Below, piece by piece: positions 23,066 to 35,794 of a DNA stretch of 41,038 nt. Source of the stretch: Batkoa obscura (taxonomy: Eukaryota). Below the pieces are notes generated by a model. It was not told the DNA's origin and searched no databases. It saw nothing but the letters and a program-made list of their open reading frames with translations. Made by a program: the position numbers and the translations under genes. Every line of letters starts with the position of its first letter. Position 1 is the stretch's first letter. The DNA is taken from assembly GCA_030770535.1 (NCBI GenBank), contig JASVEC010000147.1, positions 1 through 41,038 on the forward strand. The letters are read 5' to 3'.

Positions 23066-24789
23066 GAAAATCCTAATGTTTTTTCAATTCAATGACATCT
23101 ATAAATAGAAAAAATAGTGAAACCCAAAAAGACATGCCCAAATTGTAAGTTTATATAGAAATAAAAATGCCTAAAATGTTATTTTTTACTAAAAAAACAG
23201 CTACTATGTTTGCTTTTAAGATTCATTTTTAATTATCAGCATTGTTTAAAGTTTGTAGTTTAAAAGTTTGGGGAAAAGATTAATATACTTTTCAACTAAT
23301 ATAGATAAAAAACAATTTTAGTCCTTCATCACCAACTATTATTAAATCCTTAAACTCAAGTTTTAAATAAAATTTTGGACCTCTTTGAAAACTGAATATA
23401 TTTGGAATAATTTTCACATATACTGGACAAACTTGCCATTTTAAAATTATACTTTCTAGCTGAATTTTTATCATGTTCTAAAGAGATGTGTATTCTTTCA
23501 ATTAAGCTAGGGTCAATAAAGTAAGATGTTTTTCCAAAGATAATTAAAAACATACTAAAGACTGCAGCGATTTTCAAAGGAGTCTTCAAAAAATAAGATT
23601 GTACTCCTAAATTTAAAAAATAATAAATAAGACATTTGTTAGATGTCTTATTACAAATAAAGTAGGAAGTTATTCGGATAAAGTTATACCGACATTTTAC
23701 TAATACCAGTTAAATCTAGCTGTGAAAATTTGATTCCAAATATGCAAATCACCATTTATTTCCCTTAAAGATATTTAATATATAGAAATGTTCTTTTTAT
23801 TTCATCATTGTGCATCTTTATGCATCGTAAATATAGGGAATTTATTAAAAAATTAATGCCTATCTCTGTACCAATCTTCATGTGCCTTTTGTTTTGTTAT
23901 TAGTCTGTTATCTTTTTAAAACTAGTGTTATCTTTTGTATTGTATTTTTGACAATCTACTGCTATTTTTATAAGTTTCTTTACTATTAATAGTAGTAACA
24001 AAGTTGTTTTGCTAGAGTAGGTCTCTATTTAGTAAGCATCCTTTTTAAAATGAAATTAGAGGGTGTAAAACTAATTTTTTCAATTTGAGAAAAGCATAAT
24101 CCAGATTCAAATTGTTATTCCACTTCGATTAATTTATCTGATTTGAGCAAAATTTAAATTTATCTCCATTTTCTATCATATTTTTATTATCATAATAGTT
24201 AAGATTAGGTGTTTCTTAGGTGTTTTGACACTTATAACACTGTGTTCAAATTTTAACTTTATATCTGATATAAGATTTAGAATATTACTACAAATGTTAA
24301 ACTATTTGGAATTTAAAGCATAATAACAGTGCTCTAAATTGTATGTCAATTAATAGTATGGCAAAACTTTAACAGGTGTCCCTTCAATTTAACAAATAAG
24401 AGGATTTTTTATTGTTTAATGATATGATAATTGATAATACTATATGAATTTTACAAAAATTTTAAACTAGTCATCAATATTGTTGATATAAAACGTGGTC
24501 AATTTTTTTGAAAATAAGTTGATAAAATTCTATAATATTATATTAAAGTTCATTTTGTAAAACAATCAATTTATAATTGACAAATAAACAAGCCATTAAA
24601 AATCAGTAATGATGAGAAATAAAATTAAAGTAGTTTGAACATCCAAATCAGCAACAATAAAGTATTAATTTCCCCACGTTTTTAATTTATTTGGCTTCTT
24701 TTTGTAGTTTTAACTCTTTCTATTTGGAACTTAGAAAGTATAAATAGTTTGAGTTAGCAGTAATAACATCTTTTTTTTTGTAAAAATTG

Positions 24790-25443
24790 ATGGAATTTAT
24801 AGGCTATATACCAACCATTGAAGAAGCGATCTTGCTTGCATCGGCAAGTATACAAGGTACTATAGCAATGGAAAGTGAAAGAATTAGAACTAAAATATAT
24901 CATGGAAAAACGGTAATTTATTCCGCAAAGGATACTAAAATAAAACGATGGACAGATGATAAGAAGTGGAATACTTCGAGTTTTAAACAAGGTTTTTTTA
25001 TTTATTATGAGAAAAAAGAAAAAGGAGAGCTTAATTATATATTAAATGATGTGTTATGTAAAAAGAGCATTAAATTGTATTATAAAAATCAAACTATTTG
25101 TATCATAAATTATTTCTATTTGAATAGAACTGATTGCTTGACTGTACCTTCGGAACTAAACTTAAACCCAAGCGTCTATGAAATTATCAATGACTTTGGC
25201 TATATTAAAGACTATCGTACTAAATCAAAACATTATGGTAAAGTTGTCACTTTAAACAATGTTATATTCAATACTATAAACTCTCACAATAATGAAAATA
25301 ATGACAATATTGGTATTCCAAATAATCATAAGATTAATTGTATCTCTTCCCCAAAATCTTATCCAACTTCTTTATCTACTATCGATCTAACGTCTAATTT
25401 CCCCTCTTATGAATGTAGCAAAATATTACACCTTTTAAATTAG
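24790..25443 (+). CDS. Gti1/Pac2 (WOPR) family transcription factor; head-to-head paralog of 20719-21372
   Basis: ATG at 24790; same WOPR motifs (IKRWTDDKKW, LCKKSI). Confidence 0.88.
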   Translation: MEFIGYIPTIEEAILLASASIQGTIAMESERIRTKIYHGKTVIYSAKDTKIKRWTDDKKWNTSSFKQGFFIYYEKKEKGELNYILNDVLCKKSIKLYYKNQTICIINYFYLNRTDCLTVPSELNLNPSVYEIINDFGYIKDYRTKSKHYGKVVTLNNVIFNTINSHNNENNDNIGIPNNHKINCISSPKSYPTSLSTIDLTSNFPSYECSKILHLLN

Positions 25444-25788
25444 CTAATATAGTTTAATTTAACTCTAATTAATTAAGTCAAAACTGTGCATATTGAATTT
25501 TTATTTTATATAGGCTTCTTATAGTATTAAATAATAAAACCAACAATATTAAGTATACCGTATCATCTTTAAAAACAATTTTTAAAAATATATATTGCTG
25601 TTTCAATGTTTGTCAAACTAACATAACTAGTAAGACATACAAAAAACAAGATTTTTCTAAAAAATTTAGAGTCATCCCAAACTCATGTTAGAAATAACTG
25701 TATTCAGTTATTAAATTAATTAGTACAGTTTATAGCTTTGAAACTTGTGCACAAACTAAAAAATAACGACTAACAAAAGATAATATTA

Positions 25789-25861
25789 TGCCTTCTATCG
25801 GAATCGAACCAATGACCTTCCGCTTACTAGGCGGACGCTCTGCCAACTGAGCCAAGAAGGC
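25789..25861 (-). tRNA. tRNA-Thr(AGT)
   Basis: Exact reverse complement of 803-875. Confidence 0.97.
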
Positions 25862-26298
25862 GACTACATGTAAATTGTATATAGTAATTTTATAAGATCA
25901 AACTTTAAATCAAGCTATATTTCAGAGCTTAAAGTTGTAAATTTCTATTTTGACAAAATATTCAAAAAACGACAAGTATAAACATGAATAATAATTTTAT
26001 TTAAGTATAAAACTAATTCTAACCTTAACTGTGCTCACTAACTTTAATCTTTATATAAAAGCAGATTAAAAAGTTTATAAAAAATAAAAAATGTTTAAAA
26101 ATAAGGTTAGTTTTTATAAATATAACATAAAATATTATTCATATTTCACTAAATTTTTAACTGATTTAAATACTAAAGTTTAAGTTTAAAAAAAATAATA
26201 AAATCCTTATTCAACTTTACAAAACTTCAATTTTATTTTATTAAAATAATACAAAAATTTATGAAATTAAATTAAAAACGTAAAATTTTTAATACACA

Positions 26299-26395
26299 AG
26301 GATCTGTTTTTTTGTCTAGTAATTTTACTAGCAATTTTTCTACTTAAATAATGCCTAAAAAATGAGAAAAGTGATGAAGCTAAAAAAACACCCCC
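26299..26395 (+). mobile_element. MITE family A, degenerate
   Basis: Right end GAAAAGTGATGAAGCTAAAAAAACACCCCC|ATAT and an eroded core. Confidence 0.75.
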
Positions 26396-26795
26396 ATATA
26401 GTCCTAGCTTGGTATTTATGGTTTTTAGCTTTTTTAAAAGTATTTTAAGAAAAATAACATGAAATATTTATATTTAAATAAATATAAATGTTACTATTTT
26501 AAAGTCATTATACTTTAATTAAAAATACATTAAATAAAATAATATTACTTATGTAAATTAGTTTAAGTAAAAAAGTTTTAATATCAGTTTCTTTTTAATT
26601 ATTTAAATAGCCATTATATTTTGTCTTTATTAAAATTTATACTTTTTATTTAGTTTATTTTACCATTGTTTTTATTTTTATCATTTTATATAATTTATTA
26701 ATACATTAAAATTTATTAGTTACCAGCTTTATCTAAAATTATAATACTATAAATAACAATTTTATTTGTTTATAAAGCATGGTATTTTATTATAC

Positions 26796-26886
26796 GGGGA
26801 TGTTTTTTTTGACTTCATTATTTTTTCTATTTCTTATTTTTTTTAGCTATATCAAAAAATGTTTTAGTATAAATACATATTTTTCC
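26796..26886 (-). mobile_element. MITE family A, degenerate
   Basis: GGGGATGTTTTTTTTGACTTCATTATTTTT left end; the remainder is decayed. Confidence 0.6.
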
Positions 26887-27077
26887 TATCGTTACTAATA
26901 TGATTTTATACTTTATTAAGTAGCTTTTTTTAATATTTTTAATAAATTATTGTAATTTTTTTATAATTTTGAGTCTTTTATAGTTAGTATAAAATAATTA
27001 AACTTTAAGCACTAAATTTCATAACAGCTTTTATCAACCATTAAAAAAATAATAGTTAAATTAAAAAGTAAGTATAT

Positions 27078-27173
27078 GGTGATGTTTTTTAATTTCATTA
27101 CTTTTCTATTTTTTAAGCGCTATTTGAGTGGAAAGATTACTAGTAAAATCCTTAAACAGAAAAATACATCTAT
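27078..27173 (-). mobile_element. MITE family A
   Basis: Core TTAAGCGCTATTTGAGTGGAAAGATTACTAGTAAAATCCTTAAAC and ATAT flanks. Confidence 0.82.
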
Positions 27174-27606
27174 ATATAATTACTAAGAATAGCAAGTTCC
27201 AAAATACAACTTAAAAAGTTATATCAAAGTGATCTAGATATTGATATTGATTTATTTTATATGCGTAGCAAGAACTTTTGTTAAAAATTTTACCGCTTTA
27301 TGACAATCTAGACTCTTATTTTTAACTATAAATATCATCGTTTATGTAGTTGAATAAATGTGGTCAAGGTTTTAAAGGATTTGATCTTTATGGTACATGT
27401 TACTAGATCCTATTAATAAGTGTGCATTTTTAACCTTATTCCTAAAAGTGTAAAGTCGTCTGATATGATGATCGTAATGCGAGGGTTTATTAATATAAAA
27501 TTAAATTAAAAGTAGTTTATATAAAAATTAATTTCATAATGATTTTTATAGTCATGAATATAATCTAACTACAGATTATTTGTAAATTAAATTGTTTAGT
27601 ATGTGG

Positions 27607-27702
27607 GGGGATGTTTTTTTGGTTTCATCACCCTTTCCATTTTTAAGTACCACTTGAGCGGAAAAATCGTTAGTAAAATCCTTAAGTAAAAGATGTATCC
27701 AC
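27607..27702 (-). mobile_element. MITE family A
   Basis: GGGGATGTTTTTTTGGTTTCATCAC left end and family core. Confidence 0.8.
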
Positions 27703-27975
27703 ACATATATTTTTTAAACTCTTGAAAGGGCGGTAAAGCTTCCAAGTGAGTTATTCATAGATGAAATTGGTAAAATTAATGACGAAGAAAGATGAGCTAC
27801 AAAACAAGAACTTCTAGGATATTTCAGCTGTTAATTAATAGTATATGTTTTGCTAATAAAGTTCTATGGAGCCTACTTTTACAATAAAGAAGCCTATATT
27901 TATGAAAAAATAATTAAAATTAAAAGGTTGAAGAACATATAGTTTACTCTTGGTATAAAAATGATTTTCAAATAT

Positions 27976-28029
27976 AAATAGTAATAATATACAAAATAGT
28001 AATAATACACAAAATAGTAATAATATACA
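27976..28029 (+). repeat. 3 x 18-bp tandem repeat
   Basis: AAATAGTAATAATA(T/C)ACA occurs three times head to tail. Confidence 0.9.
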
Positions 28030-29824
28030 ACATGGATAAAATAAAGAGGTTGTGTAATCAGTTTCAATCTCTTAGCATTATAGTTTTCAAAGATTCTAAG
28101 ACATTATGTATTTAACCCTTATAAAAAAAGAATGGGATTAAGCTTTTAAAATTAACAAATGAATACTAATATTTTCAACTACAGTAGTATGCCTCTTATT
28201 TTGAAATTTACTAATAATTCCAGACTTTAAACTGGGTAAAAATGAAAAAATGATGAAAAGGGAAAGACCATTTGCATATTTAAGTCCCATATGCCAAGTC
28301 TTCTATTAACAAAAAACCAAATTGGAGGGGGATTTTTAAGATCAGTGACTGCTTTACTGTTTTTCGATACATGTTTAGAGTTTGATATTAGTAATCAATT
28401 CAAGACTTGCTTGTAACGTAATAAGGTAAAAGCCTGCTTTTGACATTAAAACTCTAAGCTAAGTCTTTGCCCTTTAATTTTTTCATAAATGGTTCAACTC
28501 TTCTAAATAACTGATTAATCCAATTATTTTAAAACGAAGATTTATTTTATAAAATCTAACAATGCCATCCTTTTTTAGTCAACTCCGGTATTTGTTTACT
28601 CCACAATGTTGCCATTAAGCTAAAGTCTGAACTGAATAAGCTCAAACTCATCTTTAATATTTTAAGAGTAATGTTCGATATTTAAATATTAACATGAAAA
28701 GCTTAAGGTAAAGTGATATTTTTAGAAGAGACCTAAAAAATAAAATTATGCAATTGAGGTGTTTTGAATAGACCCCTATTTGGAATATTTCTATTTTTGG
28801 ACAAGTATAAAAGCTTAAAATGACATAAAATTAAAAAATTATGCAGTTGATATAGTATTGATTTTGTTATATTTGAGAATGGGTGGGTGAGAACAATATT
28901 AAATAATAGTGAAATACTAACTATTATGTATCAACTGGATTAAACTTTCTTTTATTGTTTTATTTAAAATAGACCATTAATATAGATTTGATTTGGACTA
29001 TCCGGTACAAGTCACTATAATAAATTGTAATAAAACAAGTTGTAATGAGTGAAAGACCTTAAGTTTAATTAAATTTGGGATTTTGTATGGGATACTAAGC
29101 TTAACTAAAAATCAAAATTAATTACAACTATTGCGTTTCTTTTATGGCTTTTTTAGTGATAGTTTTTACAGTTAAAATATCTGTATAAACAGTTTTTTAA
29201 AGTCTAATTTTTATGTTTTTTGATTGAATACACCAAAAAATTCTCAAATGAGTAATTAATCAATTTAAGATAGAGTTGCAATAGTTTATCAACGGAGTGG
29301 CTTAAAAATATTGGGCTTTATGGAAATTAATATAAAATTAACCTTTGTTCAAGTTTTAAATAAATATATAAAAATAGACTAACAGTTAAAATATATAAAT
29401 ATAAATAATAAAGCAAGGATTTAACAATGACAAAAAGCTAAAACATTTAATAATAAACATGGGTATGAACTGTGTTATAAAGTTTAATAATTTACTTGTG
29501 TAAAAGGAAGGAATAGCTCAATATAAATTAAGGTGAAACTAAAAGCTTTTATTGTTTATAGTTTAAAATAACAATAAATCATTCAATATACGAATAAATA
29601 AAAGCTCTAATTTAGTGGCACAAGATAAATCGGAGAGTATAAATAAATATACAAATTAAACAATACAGAATCCTTTTAAGGAATAAGCTTGAATTAGTAA
29701 TTTTTTCATTCTTTTAAAAATAAGCCAATAATTAACTCTCTTTAGTATTAAAAGCATAAGTAATTTATTCATTTATATAAACTCAAGGACAAATAATTTT
29801 TACTTTTTTTAACCTTACTTTGGG

Positions 29825-30427
29825 ATGGATCCTAAGCACTTCCATGGCTATTTACCGAGCATCACCGAAGCCATGATTTTACTTGAAGCAGCAAACCGAG
29901 GCCACTTTCATTTAAGTAATAAACGTCTAAATTATCAACAGAAACAAGAAATACGATCAGGTAGCACATTCATTATTAATGAACTCAAAAGTGGAATCAA
30001 GCGATGGTCCGATGGTATGTCATGGTCCAATTCTAAGCTGCGAAAAGGCTTCTTTATTTATTTTCAAATGCCTCGCGAAGAGGATAAAATAGCAACAAAT
30101 GAAACTTTATTGATAAAAAAAACATTAACTATTAGAACTAAAGATAATCACCAATATCATATTATTAATTATTATAATCAAATGGAAGTAGATAAAAATG
30201 AGTTAGTCTCCCCATCTAAGTATGGGCTTAAGGATTTAGAGGATATTAAAATGAATTTGGATAAATATTATATTGGTAATCCAAATGATTCATTTGGGGA
30301 TTCTAGGTCTTCAATGATACCACCACTTATAGGACTAACAGAAAAAGATAAACCGAAACTCAATAACTTAACATCGGAAGATCAACGACAATTAGATCTT
30401 TTAAATCAATATATCAGTTTTAAATAA
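29825..30427 (+). CDS. Gti1/Pac2 (WOPR) family transcription factor, most canonical of the four
   Basis: FHGYLPSITEAMILLEAANRG...KRL...EIRSGSTFI...SGIKRWSDGMSWSNS...LIKKTLTI...YHIINYY, with a C-terminal SEDQRQL motif like that of Pac2-type proteins. Confidence 0.92.
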   Translation: MDPKHFHGYLPSITEAMILLEAANRGHFHLSNKRLNYQQKQEIRSGSTFIINELKSGIKRWSDGMSWSNSKLRKGFFIYFQMPREEDKIATNETLLIKKTLTIRTKDNHQYHIINYYNQMEVDKNELVSPSKYGLKDLEDIKMNLDKYYIGNPNDSFGDSRSSMIPPLIGLTEKDKPKLNNLTSEDQRQLDLLNQYISFK

Positions 30428-32200
30428 TTAAATAAAATTCAAGTTTGTTACTTTTGTTGATTTATTCAAAGTCGCAAATCAATTGCTATTCTTTAATTCA
30501 AAATTCAAACACTATTTTAAACTTAATTAAACTTTTAGTATTTAATTCATTTTTTTGTTTAATGAATTCGAAACCAAGAAAACTTAAAAGTTCGGGTTTA
30601 AATTTGGAAAGTGATTTCATAGTGGGCCAAAGGTATTGAGACGATATTGGCACATTTTGTTTAAAGTCAAAGTAGAATTAATATAAAGATTTAACTTTAA
30701 ATATCAGAATTGAAAATAAGATGTATAAACATTAATTTAATATCATTTGTTTGCCACAACTTTAAGCTCAATAACCTCAGTTTGATCTGTACAGAACACT
30801 TCAGTTTTACATTAGGTGGCCAAATTACTATAATTAGTTAAAGGTAATCTTTATTTTTATTCTTGAATTCGGATACTTCTGAATTATTAATTGTTACAAT
30901 AAAATATAAAAATAAAATATAAAAGTTATTTTTAATTTGTGCTTATTTTTAAATTTAGTAAAAAAATGCGATCGCATCTCTATCTCGCGTATAAGTGGGT
31001 TATTATTTCATTATAGTTATATGCTATGGTGGAGCTTGAAGATGTTAATCAATTAATTGATTTAAAGTTAGTTAATTAATATTCATTTGAAATCAACTTA
31101 TCATCTAGAAAATGTATACTGAGCTCCTTATTTGATGAGCTCAAAACTTAACTTGTGCATGTCCAGCTGATCAAGGATAAAAGAGACTCTTTATAAAATA
31201 GTAGTATACCTTTAGCTTTCATTTAGTTAGGTTTATTATGAAAAAATAGCTCAATAACAAGGCCAAAAGTTGATCGATTTTTAATTATCAGGTTCAATAA
31301 TTCATCCAGACCTTCAACTGCTTTAAGAAGGATTACACTCTAATCCAGCCTTGCTATAAAAAGTATATTATTATTGAAGGTGGTTTTTAGAATGCTAATT
31401 GAATTAATGCGTAAATGGGATATAAAATAATACTTTACAAGCTGAGGGGCTATTTTATTCTATGGATTAACAAATCATGAATATCTTCATCATAATGTTT
31501 CAATATACATGATTTATAATTAATGTTGTATTATTTCTAATCAATTGTCATTACCAATAAATCTCTCAGTTTTCCTATAATTAGTATCACCATCACACAT
31601 TACTATTTTGTTTTATAGAATTTCAATTATTGAACATGTTTAATTCGCAGGCATCAATCAACATAACTAGAAGGTATAGTATTATTATAGTAATTTTACT
31701 ATCGACTTTAATGCTAAATATTAAAATTGCTTTACTTTAGATAAAATCGAAGTTATAAAAATTATGATTGAATTGTTTTTTAGCTTTTAATTGTTGTTGC
31801 AAATTAGTATTATAATATTAACTAGAGTCATTAACTTTTTTGTGATAGTTATTATTGCCATAATAATATATATAATTAGAAATGATACTTTGTTCTATTA
31901 GTTAAATGATTGTTACGTTGACTTAAAATGTGAAGCATTTATACAATATTTCTATTTTTTAGGTTGTAATTTAAAAATATAATTGCTTGATTTTAAATGT
32001 GGTATGTTTTGTAAAAATTATTCGGTTATTATTTGCTAAGCTGATTCTTTTAAAAACTAAATCCTTAGGCTTTGGTGAGTTTATGTCTAAATATCATTCC
32101 TAAATAAACAGTTAGCATAAGAATATCTGAACTTAGACAGTTCTAAAGTTGAAAAATGATAAAAATTTCGTATAATAACTAGAATTGACATAATCAATAT

Positions 32201-32297
32201 GGGGATGTATTTTTTTGTTTAAGAATTTTACTACAATCTCTCCACTCAAATAGCACTTAAAAAATGGAAGAATAATGAAACTAAAAAAAACAGCCCC
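32201..32297 (+). mobile_element. MITE family A
   Basis: GGGGATGT...ACAGCCCC termini, ATAT TSD. Confidence 0.9.
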
Positions 32298-34173
32298 ATA
32301 TAGACTATTACAGTTCAAGAGCAAGGTTTGTAGCAGGATTCTACTAAAATATACATTAGGTGTTAAAAAGTCATTTTCAAAATTTATTTAATTGTAAAAA
32401 TTACTACTAAATATTTCGTAAGAGTTACAACAACTGTAAAGAGTTTATTTCAACTATATTTTATTTACAGTCCTACCTGTAGATATTTGCATCCCTTGAA
32501 AACCTTCATTCTTATGTGACTCAATTCGAAAAAAAGTGGTTTCAAATGAGATAATTGCTAAAAAATACTATAACTACTCGATTAACTTTTATTTCGAATT
32601 GATATATGCAAAGGCAAAGAAAGCTTTTCAGGACATAAGTGTCTACAGACAGAGCTGTATAATTATTCATTCAACTAACTAACAATAATTCAATAATTAA
32701 TGAAACAAATAAAGCAAAACAACACCCTAATTATCATGTTAATCCCCATATTTTCAGTTCACTTCAAGCTCAAATATCAAACAAATTCTCTTCAAGCCAA
32801 CTTAACAGCTCTTTTTGTCATTGAAACCAAATGGTCTTTTCTCCACTTTTAATGTCTTTTAGTTTCACCAGCTAATTTTAGAATTTTTATTAAATTTCAG
32901 CCATTTCAACCAATGATTGAATTAATTATAGAATCATCAAGTATTTAATATTAATATTAAAAAGTTAGATCATACTTAAAGGATGATTATAAGTATAATT
33001 TATATTTAATAGTAACTTTTATTTAACTTAACTTAAAAGCAAATCACTCTATAATTTCAAATAAGCCCAGTGACAAGCCATTTAAAAGAACATTCTCTGA
33101 TTCAAATAAATGGAACTTTTAAATTTTGCCCTTTTCTTTTAATTGAATAGAAATTCTAATGATTTATGTTTTATAATTTTCCGTTGACAACTTTAATTTT
33201 TCTTTTTAGTTATGCTGATGATTATAAAACTCAATAAACACATTAAAAAGCTATTCTAGGCTAAATAAACTTTGCATAACATAAAGGTACAGTTTTTAAA
33301 GCAAGGAAGTATCCGCTGTAAAACAATGGGGATAAAAAAGGTTTTAATTTTTGATATAATTTAATCTACTCTACAAATTAAAAACGCTAATATTTTTGTA
33401 TAAAAAAATTAAAAGAAAGGTCCTAAATTTAAGTTGTGTTTTTTATAAAAGAAATAAATTCGTTGATCTAACCTGGAAAATTAATAATAAAATAGGGGCG
33501 GGACGTATGCAAGCTATAGTAATAGTTAGGGTTAATTGAGGGTAGAAAGTTATTTTTAGCAAAATTAACAATCAAACGATTGGAAAAAGAGTTTTTACAC
33601 TGAGTGTAATGTTAGTTTTGTTTTAATAAAATTGTTGAAATAAGCTTTATATTAAAATTAAAAGTATTAAAACTTAGTAACTATTCGCTAGATTAAGCAC
33701 TTAAAGATATCTAAAAACTCAAATAAAATTAAAAGTATAAATTAAATGGTATGCTATCCCTTTCGCTAGAAATGCATTGAAATGAACATTTTTATTTCAA
33801 ATAATAAATTTCATTTGCTATCTTTTAAATTTATAAATAATAATTTCAATTTACTTTTAAATTAGTAATCCAAAATATTAAATTAAAGTGTCTTTTTTAC
33901 CATCAATTTATAACAAAATGATATTATTACATTATTACAAAACAAAATCCTTGAATTTTTCAAAAATTATTGTTACTTTTTTTCTCCTTATCAAAACCCC
34001 CCAGAATCTAACCAACTGTACTAAGTTTGGCGATTGCCCAATTTGGACATTTGTCTAAATATAGTAATTACTTCTAAATTAAGCTAAAACTACCCCCTTT
34101 TCAACTAACACTTCTAAAAAAAAGTATAAATAGTACAAAGCTTCTCCCCGATTACACAAATTTTTTAAATCAA

Positions 34174-34980
34174 ATGGATTACATAGGATACATTGAAACT
34201 GTTTATGACGCTTTTATACTAGCTGAAGCAGCGCTTCAGGGTCAAGTTAAGCTACTACAGAATCGTCCAAGCTTCAACAAAAATTCCATATTCTCTGGAA
34301 AAACGGTATTATTTGAAAAACAAAGTGGTATGCTACGATGGACCGATGGCAAATCATGGACCCCCTCCAAACTCAAAAATGGCTTCTTTATCTATACCGA
34401 AGTAGATAAAGTGAATATTAAAAAGATCCACAGTTTATTAAATACAACGCAAACAACTAAAATTGTTAAAAAAGTAATCAATGTAGTTAACGCCAATTTA
34501 AAAGAAATTTGCATTGTCAATTATTACTTTGAAGATGATGTAAGTAATCTTATTAAACCTAGTAATTATTATTTCAGAGACAGTGAGCTCATTTTGAATA
34601 ATATCAAAGATTACTCGTACATCAAGAGTTATAGGGTTAACTCTAAATCATATAGAAAGTTATATAAATTAAAAAATAAAGATGAAAGTGTGGAAGTTGA
34701 GTTTAATCATAATATACCAAATTTAGCGAGTGGTACTAACACAAGTACCCCACCGGAAGGAGCGGTCACTCATTTCAACCATCCCCTAAATCTAATAGAA
34801 TATGAAAGTAGCGTCAATTGTAATCCAGATAATTCAGCATTTAATAACCCATGTGGTTTGACGGAGTATCAAAATGGAGTCAATACTAATTTAAATATCA
34901 ACCCATTTGATCAACCTCTACCTTCTTTGACTTCTCTGTTTGACTATCCTACTAATGCTTCATCAAACGTTTACTTTTAA
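34174..34980 (+). CDS. Gti1/Pac2 (WOPR) family transcription factor
   Basis: YIGYIETVYDAFILAEAALQG...IFSGKTVLF...SGMLRWTDGKSWTPS...GFFIY...IVKKVI...IVNYY, followed by an N/P/S-rich low-complexity tail. Confidence 0.92.
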   Translation: MDYIGYIETVYDAFILAEAALQGQVKLLQNRPSFNKNSIFSGKTVLFEKQSGMLRWTDGKSWTPSKLKNGFFIYTEVDKVNIKKIHSLLNTTQTTKIVKKVINVVNANLKEICIVNYYFEDDVSNLIKPSNYYFRDSELILNNIKDYSYIKSYRVNSKSYRKLYKLKNKDESVEVEFNHNIPNLASGTNTSTPPEGAVTHFNHPLNLIEYESSVNCNPDNSAFNNPCGLTEYQNGVNTNLNINPFDQPLPSLTSLFDYPTNASSNVYF

Positions 34981-35388
34981 CATCATTTTACGATCTTGTA
35001 TTTATATTATTTATGAGGGTTATTTTTATTGAATAAATTATTTATGTTCTAATTAATATTTTTGTAATTTTTTCATTCTTCTATTGAAAACTTGGTAGAT
35101 CTCAACACATTAAGTATTTTTATAAACAACCTAATATTTTTAATGAAAACAATTTGTAGGTGTATACAGTTGCAATAGTGAAGAAGTTACTACAGAGGTA
35201 TTCATATTTTTAGCTAAAATAAATATCAATTGAAAAGTATTCTATATTAAAAAATTCAAATATAAAAATAACAGTTATAAACAACATGAATAGCTTAATA
35301 TTATTTTTATAAAAAAGAGAGTAGGTTAAAATATCTAACAGTAAAATAACATTTTATTATAAGATATTTAACATTGGATTGGCTATAT

Positions 35389-35479
35389 GATGGTTTTTTT
35401 TTAGTTTTATTATTTTTTCGATCTTTTAAGCACTATTTAAGCAGAAAAATTAACAGAATTCAAACACAAATACATCTCC
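35389..35479 (-). mobile_element. MITE family A, degenerate
   Basis: TTTTAAGCACTATTTAAGCAGAAAA core, right end TACATCTCC|ATAT. Confidence 0.7.
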
Positions 35480-35794
35480 ATATCATGATTTAAGAATATT
35501 ATAGCTCTTACACTATTTGAAATCATATAAAATCTACAGTGGAGTCGTTACCAAATAGTAACTATTGACAAAGATTTAAAATTTAATATAAATTAACAAC
35601 ATCTTAACTTAATGCAAGTCAATAAATAGAAACTTGAATAGTTTGGTCCCCACCCCTTCTTTTGTAAACTTTCTATTTCAGTAAGTGTATTTAGAAATTT
35701 CCTTTTTTTAGATTTAATGCTAAGCAGATTATTAGATTCAGTTATAATAATATCTATTAAGCTAATTTTTGAAGATACAAAATTGAAACTAATC

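Noticed and set aside
23292..23589. Short intergenic ORFs (also 3397-3603, 10542-10724, 30445-30639, 32133-32324, 35593-35796, 39237-39497)
   Set aside because: 60-86 aa, no motifs, several with non-ATG starts or running through MITE or LTR sequence.
21500..24560. Wor1-type TTAAAGTT sites upstream of the WOPR genes (autoregulation)
   Set aside because: Matches near 21507 and 24543 exist, but such motifs are expected by chance at this AT content.
1917..34980. UGT + GPCR + WOPR as one functional gene cluster
   Set aside because: Only adjacency supports it. Each family shows its own local duplication and no shared regulatory element was found.
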